Below are positions 55,914 through 62,968 of a stretch of DNA of 64,000 nucleotides, piece after piece. A program made the translations under genes and the position numbers. This DNA is from an uncultured Thermoanaerobaculia bacterium (GTDB taxonomy: Bacteria > Acidobacteriota > Thermoanaerobaculia > Multivoradales > SZUA-115). Within the stretch, counting starts at the first letter, position 1; each line of letters starts with the position of its first letter. Location of the stretch: the NCBI GenBank assembly GCA_964420075.1, contig CAYQRE010000006.1, positions 74,793-138,792 of the forward strand, given 5' to 3'. Under the pieces are notes generated by a model, which ran no database searches, was not told where the DNA came from, and saw only the letters and a program-made list of their open reading frames with translations.

Positions 55914-56697
55914 CGGCGCTTTCCTCGCGCAGGAGCCCCAGGCGAGGCTCGAGCTCGGCAGCGATCTGGTCGAAGACGGCCGCCACGGGCGGCGGCCGAC
56001 GGCTGAGCAGCCCGATCGGCACGCCGTAGGCGCTCGCTTTGAGAAAGGCGGGGTCGCGAGGCACGAAGCCGTTGAGCACCAGCTCGGGGGGAAGCGTGCT
56101 CCAGCTCTCCTGGGCCACGGTCAGTGAGACGTCGCTCCGCGAATTGAGCATGCTGACGACAAAGCCCACCACCTCGACGCGCGCGCCGCGCTCGCGCAAC
56201 TGGCCGAGACGATTGAGCAGCTGGGTGATCGACCGCAGCGCCAGTGGTTCCGCCTGCAGGGGCACCAGCGCATGGTCGGCCAGCTCGAGAGCGACGGCGG
56301 CAGGTCCTTGCAGCCCCGAGGGCGTGTCCACCACGACGAGGTCGTAGAGCGGCCGCAGGCTGTCGAAGACTCGCCCCATCTTGTCGCGGTCGGCGAGGAG
56401 CTGGTCCTGCTCGGGGTCGCTCGGCAGGCCGGCCGCGCCGGCCACCGGCAGCACTGCCAGCTCCGGGAGATGGGTCTGGAGGATCGCTTCCTGGAGACCG
56501 ATACGGCCTTCGAGATGAGCGAGCAGGCCCTGCCCGCGGCGGTTGGCACCCTGTACCGACAAGCCCACGGCACCGAGCGGGTCGACGTCCATCACGAGCG
56601 TCTTCCAGCCGCGGCGGGCCAGCGCATAGCTGAGATTGAGAGCGACAGTGGTCTTGCCGACTCCGCCCTTCTGGCTCACGACTGCGAGCAAGGCCAT
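55888..56697 (-). CDS. MinD/ParA-family (SIMIBI-class) P-loop ATPase
   Basis: Internal ATG giving 'MALLAVVSQKGGVGKTTVALNLSYALARRGWKTLVMDVDP' with the deviant Walker A KGGxGK[ST]. 'LVVVDTPSG' is the Walker B. 269 aa. Confidence 0.8.
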   Translation of the reverse strand: MALLAVVSQKGGVGKTTVALNLSYALARRGWKTLVMDVDPLGAVGLSVQGANRRGQGLLAHLEGRIGLQEAILQTHLPELAVLPVAGAAGLPSDPEQDQLLADRDKMGRVFDSLRPLYDLVVVDTPSGLQGPAAVALELADHALVPLQAEPLALRSITQLLNRLGQLRERGARVEVVGFVVSMLNSRSDVSLTVAQESWSTLPPELVLNGFVPRDPAFLKASAYGVPIGLLSRRPPPVAAVFDQIAAELEPRLGLLREESADEPISLLD

Positions 56698-56826
56698 CGT
56701 CCCCTTCCGCGCGGCGAACCGCGAAGCAACATCGATCGGACGCCCGCGTCCCCGTGAATCGAACGTGTGAAAGAGGCTGAATCCTGCCACAGATACGGAC
56801 TTCCGCGCAAGCTTGTTTGTATGTAT

Positions 56827-56844
56827 TTTGTAGGCACGTACAAA
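56827..56844. promoter_or_regulatory. Palindrome TTTGTA-N6-TACAAA in the AT-rich region upstream of the ParA-like/Roadblock/H-NOX operon
   Basis: Read directly from the sequence, about 130 bp upstream of the ATPase start. A candidate operator or promoter element. Confidence 0.35.
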
Positions 56845-56924
56845 GAATATTTGGTCCTGGCTCTAGGCCTTGCGGAGCGCTGCGGAGGCCCCGAGCCGGG
56901 AGTTGGTTCCGGGCTCAGGAAAAT

Positions 56925-56941
56925 ATTTCGGATGCCGAAAT
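56925..56941 (-). terminator. Small hairpin ATTTCGG-ATG-CCGAAAT followed, on the minus strand, by ATTTTCC (possible terminator of the DUF420 gene)
   Basis: 7-bp perfect stem. On the minus strand it lies about 55 nt after the DUF420 stop, with a short U-rich tail. Confidence 0.3.
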
Positions 56942-56995
56942 GAGATAGGGCGGACGATCTTGGCTTCGCGCGGACGCCGAAGGGGGTGGGCCTTC

Positions 56996-57412
56996 CTAGA
57001 GCTTGTACAGCATCCAATACACCACGACGCCCGTCACCGAGACGTACAGCCAGATCGGCAGCGTCCAACGGGCCAGGCGGCGGTGGCGCTCGAAACGCCC
57101 CCGCAGGGCCAGCACGAGCACCATGACGGCGAGGATCGGCACCAACGCCGCGAGAATGGTGTGCGAGGCGAGGATCGCCAGGTAGGCAGTGCGCAGCGCT
57201 CCGGTCCCCGCGAACCGGCGCGAGCCCGTTTCGGCGTGGTAGATGAGATAGGAGATCAGGAACAGGATGGAGCTGGCGAAGGCGGCGGTCATCACCACGC
57301 GGTGCGCCGTGCGCCGACCGCGGCGGATGAGCAGGTATCCGGCGACGAGAAGGAGTGCCGAAAGGCTGTTCAGCAGGGCATTGAGGGCTGGCAGCTGGCT
57401 CGTCGCAGGCAT
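56996..57412 (-). CDS. DUF420-family membrane protein (cytochrome-oxidase-associated)
   Basis: Internal ATG 'MPATSQLPALNALLNSLSALLLVAGYLLIRRG…'. 138 aa, 4 TM. C-terminal 'WLYVSVTGVVVYWMLY' is typical of DUF420. Confidence 0.65.
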   Translation of the reverse strand: MPATSQLPALNALLNSLSALLLVAGYLLIRRGRRTAHRVVMTAAFASSILFLISYLIYHAETGSRRFAGTGALRTAYLAILASHTILAALVPILAVMVLVLALRGRFERHRRLARWTLPIWLYVSVTGVVVYWMLYKL

Positions 57413-57509
57413 GGTGGCGGGAGGAGTTTGCGGCACCGCGCGGCGAAGAGCAATCCCCGGGGCGGCGTTGCCGCGGGGCCAGACCGCTCCGGCCCCGCGA
57501 CGCAGTGGC

Positions 57510-59165
57510 TCACGGGTCAGAGATCGGTGCCGTCCAAATCTCCTCCTTGCCTCCGCTGCGGCGGTCGGTCCAGGAGGGGAAGAACTTGCCGAGGAAACCC
57601 GAAAGGCCGTTGTAGTCGCCGTACTGGTTGCCGAGGTTGGCGCTCGACTGGGTCTCATCGGTCTGCGCGGTGGTGACCTGCAGCGGCGCCGACCAGGTCA
57701 CACCGTCGTTGCTGGAAGACTGATAGTAGACGTGGGTCTTCAAGCGCGCCGAGTCGGCCACCGTGTCGTAGTACATGATGCCGACCGTACCGTTCGATTC
57801 GTCGACCGCCAAGAACTGGTTGAATTGATCGTTCTTCGACGCCTGGTTGTTGATCTTCACCGGCGCCGACCAAGTGGCTCCGCCGTCGGTCGAGCGCGCG
57901 AACCAGATGCGCGTCTTGCAGCTCGAGGCCGCATTCGAGCCTGGTTCGTTGGCGGCAGCGGTGCAGCCGGTCTCGCCGGAGAGGTCGGTCCAGGAGACGT
58001 AGACGTTGTTCTTGGTCGCCGTGCGATAGGCCGCTCCAGAGGTGTAGATCAGGGCACGACGGCTGTTGAACGAAGGCACGCCGATGTCGTAGCCGTCGTA
58101 CATCGTGGCGACGACCACCGCCGTCGACCAGGAGGCCCCGCCGGTGGTCGACTTGCGGACGACGACCCGGCGGTTGCTCGTGGTGGGCCAAAAGGCGAAG
58201 ACGTCGCCACTGCTGTTGGTCTTGATGTCGCAGCCGATCGCCGTGCCCGTGGACTCCGAGCCGCTGACCTGCACGGGCGTCTGCCAACCGGCGCTGGTAC
58301 GCCGTCCGACGTAGGCCGGGTTCCCGTTGTGGTAGCAGACGTAGACGTTGTCGCGGAAGGAGGAGCTGGCGCTGTGGTCGACCCACATCAGCTCCTTGTC
58401 GGTGCTGCGCTGGCTGCCCGACACCGTCCCGTCGAAGGTCCAGGTCACGCCGCCGTCGGTCGATCGGTAGGCCCGGGTCTTGAGAGTGTTGCCCTTGATG
58501 CCGAGGGTCACGGCCCAGGCGGTGCCATCGGAGGTCCAGTCCACGGCGGGGTCCGAGTGGAAGCTGTCCGTACTCGCCAAGGGTAGCTCGGTACGCCCCC
58601 AGGTCGCGCCGCCGTCCGACGAATAGAACTGGGCCTGCCGGCCAGTGCCGCCGATGTTGTTGGAGGCGGCGATGATCTGGTTGGGGGCCAGGAAGTTGAT
58701 CCTGATGTCGGATTCGCTGTGCGGGCTGGGCTGCGCGGTCGAGATCCGGCGATCGGCCGCCACCGAGGCCTTGTCCGCCCCCGCCAGCTCCTCCGCTCCC
58801 GGCTTGCCGGGCTCGAGGTCCTGGTGGGTCAGCATCCACTGGTGGATCTCTTTCAGGACGTGCGGATAGCCGCCCGTCGGGTCGTCCGCCGCGTAGACCG
58901 CTCCCGGGTGCCCCTTGCGCCACCAGACACGCAGCCACAGGGGCAAGCGACGTCCGTCCACGAGCTCATCGGCCCGGAGCAGGGCGAAGTCCTGGTTGGT
59001 GCGCACCAGCTGCGCCAACGCTGTCCCCGGCCGGATCTGATCGACCGCGAGCTGCTCCGTCAACGTGGGAGGGCCCTGGCGGCCTGGAGCAGCCCAGGCG
59101 GCCAGCGAGAGAAGGGACGACCCGAGGCAGCACAGCGCAGAGACCAAGACAAGCTTCGATTTCAT
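57510..59165 (-). CDS. Secreted BNR/Asp-box repeat β-propeller protein (sialidase-like fold)
   Basis: Signal peptide 'MKSKLVLVSALCCLGSSLLSLAAWA'. At least five Asp-box repeats (SSDGGATWG, STDGGVTWT, STTGGASWS, STDGGATWS, SNDGVTWS). Confidence 0.75.
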   Translation of the reverse strand: MKSKLVLVSALCCLGSSLLSLAAWAAPGRQGPPTLTEQLAVDQIRPGTALAQLVRTNQDFALLRADELVDGRRLPLWLRVWWRKGHPGAVYAADDPTGGYPHVLKEIHQWMLTHQDLEPGKPGAEELAGADKASVAADRRISTAQPSPHSESDIRINFLAPNQIIAASNNIGGTGRQAQFYSSDGGATWGRTELPLASTDSFHSDPAVDWTSDGTAWAVTLGIKGNTLKTRAYRSTDGGVTWTFDGTVSGSQRSTDKELMWVDHSASSSFRDNVYVCYHNGNPAYVGRRTSAGWQTPVQVSGSESTGTAIGCDIKTNSSGDVFAFWPTTSNRRVVVRKSTTGGASWSTAVVVATMYDGYDIGVPSFNSRRALIYTSGAAYRTATKNNVYVSWTDLSGETGCTAAANEPGSNAASSCKTRIWFARSTDGGATWSAPVKINNQASKNDQFNQFLAVDESNGTVGIMYYDTVADSARLKTHVYYQSSSNDGVTWSAPLQVTTAQTDETQSSANLGNQYGDYNGLSGFLGKFFPSWTDRRSGGKEEIWTAPISDP

Positions 59166-59338
59166 CTCCAACCTCCGTGATTGAGGCCAAGCGTGCAGGG
59201 GGCGACCCGGCAAGGGGGACGACGCACGAACACCATGACCTCGGTTGAGGAGGAGAAGCTGCCAGACTATCTCCGTGTAGAGATATTACGAACGAAAGAA
59301 AATTTCGATAGTAGTGGCGCAGTATCAATAAGGTGTCG

Positions 59339-59359
59339 CGTGGTTCGGCTCGAACCACG
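59339..59359 (-). terminator. Perfect 9-bp hairpin CGTGGTTCG-GCT-CGAACCACG downstream of the SCO1 gene
   Basis: Read directly from the sequence, 35 nt past the SCO1 stop on the minus strand, in an AT-richer spacer. Only a weak U-tract. Confidence 0.4.
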
Positions 59360-59393
59360 TCGAGACCTCCAGGTCGACGCTAGGGGGTCGAAG

Positions 59394-60029
59394 CTATGGC
59401 TCTGGTGAGTTGCCCTCGCGCTGGACGGCGCGGGCGTCGCGAACCAGGCGGTCGAGGTCGGCGGGCTCGAAGGGATTGTAGAAGCCCCGGAGGCCACCGT
59501 CGCCGTCGACGAGGATCAGTCGCGTGGCGTGGATCACTGGCCCTTGCTCGGGTGGACTGTCGACCCCGGCGGGAGCGACCCCCAACTTGAAACCCGAGAT
59601 CGACAGCTCCCAGATCGCTTGCCGGTCACCCGTGAGGAAGAGCCAATCGTCCCCGGCGCCGAAGCGGCGAGCGTACTCGTCGAGCACGGTCGGCGTGTCG
59701 TGCTCGGGGTCCACGGTGATCGACACCCTGAGCACGCCCTTGGGCAACCGAGGCCCAATCTCGGCCAGTCGCTGGGTCATCAGCGGGCACGGGCCCGGGC
59801 ACCGCGTGTAGATGAAGTCCGCGATCCAGACGACCCCGGCGAGATCGTCGAGGCGCACGTCTCTGCCATCGCGGTTGCTGAGGACAAAGCCCGGCAAGTA
59901 GGCGACGACCTGCGGCGCCGGGCGCCGGGCCTCGGTGCGGCTGCGCTCGAGCGCCACGACGCCGACCACAGCCAGGACCGCCACCAGCACCAGCCAGAGG
60001 AACCCCCGCAGGGCGGTTCGTCGGTCCAT
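59394..60029 (-). CDS. SCO1/SenC-family copper chaperone (thioredoxin fold)
   Basis: N-terminal TM anchor. 'FIYTRCPGPCP' is the SCO CxxxC copper-binding motif, and a conserved His lies in 'DPEHDTP'. Confidence 0.8.
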   Translation of the reverse strand: MDRRTALRGFLWLVLVAVLAVVGVVALERSRTEARRPAPQVVAYLPGFVLSNRDGRDVRLDDLAGVVWIADFIYTRCPGPCPLMTQRLAEIGPRLPKGVLRVSITVDPEHDTPTVLDEYARRFGAGDDWLFLTGDRQAIWELSISGFKLGVAPAGVDSPPEQGPVIHATRLILVDGDGGLRGFYNPFEPADLDRLVRDARAVQREGNSPEP

Positions 60030-60089
60030 CGCTCTCAGAGCTCCTCCGCGCTCGCCAGGTGGCCTGCCGGCACGCCGCCGGCAGCCGAG

Positions 60090-61010
60090 CTAGCCGGCGA
60101 GCAGGCGGTCGATCAGGGTGAGCAGGAAAATCCCCGGCAGGTAGAAGACCGAGGTCAGCAGCACCCGGCGAGCCGTCGGTTGGCCGGGTAGATGGGCGAA
60201 GCGGAAGCAAGCAGTGAGATAGAGGAGTCCGAGGACCAGCGTGCCGGCGAAGTAGGTCAACCCGGTCAGCCGGAGAGCGGAGGGCAGCAGGCTCACCGGG
60301 ATCAGCGCCGCACCCCAGAGCAGCATCTGAAAGGCCGTCGCCCGGCCGTCGCGATCACCGACCGTCAGCAGCGGAAAGCCGCCCCGTGCGTAGTCTTCGC
60401 GGTACATCCAGGCAATCGCCAGAAAGTGCGGCATCTGCCAGAAGAAGAGCAGCCCGAAGAGGGCCCAGGCACCGGGCTCGAGGCCGCCCGTCGCCGCCGA
60501 CCAACCCATCATCGGCGGAATGGCCCCCGGCACCGCACCCACCACCGTGGCGAAGGAGGTCTGGCGCTTGAGCGGCGTATAGACGAAGACGTAGCCGGCC
60601 ACGGTGAGGGCACCGAGCAATGCCGTCAGGGGACGCGCCCAGGTGAGCAGCACCAGCAGGCCAGCGGTCACCAGGGTGAGACCAAAGAGCAGGGCGCTCT
60701 CAGGATCGACCCGCCCCGTTGGCAGCGGCCGCTGGGCGGTGCGTCGCATGCGGGCATCGTGGCTGCGCTCGAGCAGGTGGTTGAAGGTGCCGGCGCCCGC
60801 CGAGAGCAGTCCGGTGCCGAGGACGGCAGCCATGAAGCCGAGCCACCCGGTGTGCTCCGCACCCACTGAGCGCCCGCCGAGCAGGTAGCCAGCCGCGGCG
60901 GTGACCGCGACCATCGAGGTGATCCGCGGCTTGGTGAGCTCCACCCAGTCGGCCAAGCGGGCCGCCGGCACGGAGTCGCCGGGGACGAGATCAGCACGCT
61001 CTAGCTGCAT
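60090..61010 (-). CDS. ctaB: Protoheme IX farnesyltransferase (heme O synthase)
   Basis: UbiA-family motifs 'NHLLERSHDARMRRTAQRPL' and 'YTPLKRQT', with 8–9 TM helices. 306 aa. Confidence 0.85.
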   Translation of the reverse strand: MQLERADLVPGDSVPAARLADWVELTKPRITSMVAVTAAAGYLLGGRSVGAEHTGWLGFMAAVLGTGLLSAGAGTFNHLLERSHDARMRRTAQRPLPTGRVDPESALLFGLTLVTAGLLVLLTWARPLTALLGALTVAGYVFVYTPLKRQTSFATVVGAVPGAIPPMMGWSAATGGLEPGAWALFGLLFFWQMPHFLAIAWMYREDYARGGFPLLTVGDRDGRATAFQMLLWGAALIPVSLLPSALRLTGLTYFAGTLVLGLLYLTACFRFAHLPGQPTARRVLLTSVFYLPGIFLLTLIDRLLAG

Positions 61011-61304
61011 GGGGCGCGCTCGCTGCCGCCGCGTTCACGGCTGGGGTGACGAAGAGGCATGGGCTGGTGGTGGGCTCCGTTCGACACCCCCGACCATCGA
61101 GGGATCGGGCGAGTGTACCGCAGTTGGGTCGCCCACCGTCCTTGCCGACCACCGCAAGCACGGGCGAAGCGCCGGGCTCCTCGCGCCGGGCCCGATCGAG
61201 AGGAGATATCGAGACGCTATAGTGACGAGAGTGCGACGGCAGCCGCCGAACGACGCCGAACCACTGACGCCAACCGGGGAGGGGCGCCCCATGACGAGCC
61301 GCAC

Positions 61305-62054
61305 GTGAGCCGCAGGCACCCGCACCACAAGCCAGCTCATTGCCTGGTCTGTGGCAAGGCAGGGGGCGCGATCGAGCTCGAGCCCGTCGCGCTGCTGCGA
61401 CCGCCGCTCCTCGCCATGCTCAAGGCCGAGCACCCGGACTGCGGAGCGGACTCCTACCTCTGCACCTCCGATCTCAACCGCTACCGGGCTCGCTATGTGG
61501 CCGCCCTGCTCTCCGAGGAGAAGGGTGAGCTGACCGCGATCGAGCGCGACGTGGTGCGGGGCCTCGCCGGCGATGAGCTGCTCAGCCAGGACACCAACCT
61601 CGAGTTCGACCGCCGGCTCAGCTTCGGCGAACGGCTGGCGGACCGCATCGCCACCTTTGGCGGCAGCTGGACCTTCATCCTCGCCTTCGCAGGCTTTCTC
61701 GGCGTCTGGATCGCCGTCAACAGCTGGCTCCTCCTGCACCGTCCCTTCGACCCCTACCCCTTCATCTTGCTCAACTTGATCCTCTCCTGCCTGGCAGCGC
61801 TCCAGGCCCCGGTGATCATGATGAGCCAGAACCGCCAGGAGGCGAAGGACCGCTTGCGGGCCGAGTACGACTACCGGGTGAACCTCAAGGCGGAGCTGGA
61901 GATCCGCTTGCTCTCCGAACGCATCGACCGGCTGCTCACCCACCAGTGGCAGCGCCTGCTCGAGATCCAGCAGGTCCAGGTGGAGCTGATCGAGCAGCTC
62001 GATGCCCGCAATCCGCGCCCTCCGGCGGCCAACCCGCAGCCTCCTCAACCCTAA
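61305..62054 (+). CDS. DUF1003-family membrane protein with N-terminal zinc-ribbon-like region
   Basis: C-terminal 'FGGSWTFILAFAGFLGVWIAVNSWLLLHRPFDPYPFILLNLILSCLAALQAPVIMMSQNRQ' is the DUF1003 core. Start uncertain: GTG at 61305. An upstream ATG at 61291 with a good RBS is out of frame. Confidence 0.55.
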   Translation: MSRRHPHHKPAHCLVCGKAGGAIELEPVALLRPPLLAMLKAEHPDCGADSYLCTSDLNRYRARYVAALLSEEKGELTAIERDVVRGLAGDELLSQDTNLEFDRRLSFGERLADRIATFGGSWTFILAFAGFLGVWIAVNSWLLLHRPFDPYPFILLNLILSCLAALQAPVIMMSQNRQEAKDRLRAEYDYRVNLKAELEIRLLSERIDRLLTHQWQRLLEIQQVQVELIEQLDARNPRPPAANPQPPQP

Positions 62055-62142
62055 AGGGAGCGCGTTTTCGGCGAGCCTTTCCGCCCGCGAGGAGGGGCCG
62101 CTTGCGCCCCTCTCGCGAAGTGGGCTACGATTCGCCGCCGTT

Positions 62143-62158
62143 TGTGAAAGTCGTCACA
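62143..62158 (+). promoter_or_regulatory. Perfect CRP/FNR-family-type site TGTGA-N6-TCACA upstream of the ACIII operon
   Basis: TGTGAaagtcgTCACA read directly from the sequence. Centred about 87 bp upstream of the actA start codon. Confidence 0.5.
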
Positions 62159-62236
62159 AGCTCGCTTGCGACGCGGCGAGCCTCTGCGCTATCCTCGCCG
62201 CCACATTCCGCGGACGGACCTACAGGTTGACGAACG

Positions 62237-62896
62237 ATGGCTCAATTCTTCCATCGCAGTACGAACACGATCGCCAAGGCCTCGATCTATGGAGGCGTGG
62301 TGGTCGCCGCCCTCGTGGGTTGGGGCATGCTCACCCTGTCGCGCTCGACGTATGTCACCAGGCAGGACGTGGTGCGCAAACAGCCGGTGCCCTTCAGCCA
62401 CGACCACCACACAGCGGGCCTGGGGATCGACTGCCGCTACTGCCACACCTCGGTTGAGGAGTCGGCCTTCGCGGGCATTCCGCCGACCCAGACCTGCATG
62501 AACTGCCACAAGCTGATCTGGACCAACGCCGAGATCCTCGAGCCGGTGCGGGCCTCGTGGCGCACCAATCAGCCGCTGCAGTGGGTGCGGGTCAACGACC
62601 TGCCGGACTTCGTCTACTTCAATCACTCGATCCACGTGGCGCGGGGAGTGGCCTGCGTGACCTGCCATGGGGCGGTGAACGAGATGCCCCTGATGCGGCA
62701 GGCCCAGTCACTGCAGATGGAATGGTGCCTCAACTGCCACCGCAACCCGGAGAAGTACGTCGGCTACAAGGACCAGGTGGTCAACTGGGACTGGAAGCCG
62801 ACGTCCCCCGAAGAGCAGCAGGACGTGCTCGGCCCCAAGCTGGTGCAGGAATACGGCATCCAGAGTCTCACCAACTGCTCGACCTGCCACCGCTAG
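62237..62896 (+). CDS. actA: Alternative Complex III pentaheme cytochrome c subunit
   Basis: N-terminal TM anchor. Five CxxCH motifs (CRYCH, CMNCH, CVTCH, CLNCH, CSTCH). Directly followed by an actB-like gene. Confidence 0.8.
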   Translation: MAQFFHRSTNTIAKASIYGGVVVAALVGWGMLTLSRSTYVTRQDVVRKQPVPFSHDHHTAGLGIDCRYCHTSVEESAFAGIPPTQTCMNCHKLIWTNAEILEPVRASWRTNQPLQWVRVNDLPDFVYFNHSIHVARGVACVTCHGAVNEMPLMRQAQSLQMEWCLNCHRNPEKYVGYKDQVVNWDWKPTSPEEQQDVLGPKLVQEYGIQSLTNCSTCHR

Positions 62897-62968
62897 CTGG
62901 GCAGGGTCCGGCGCCAAGAGGTAGGGCTCGCGGTGGACAAAACTCACTCTGCTCGAGACGAGCGTGAC

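Noticed and set aside
59181-59408. 75-aa ORF in the AT-rich spacer between the BNR and SCO1 genes
   Set aside because: It overlaps the terminator-like hairpin and the SCO1 3' end, has no RBS and no conserved features. More likely non-coding regulatory or terminator sequence.
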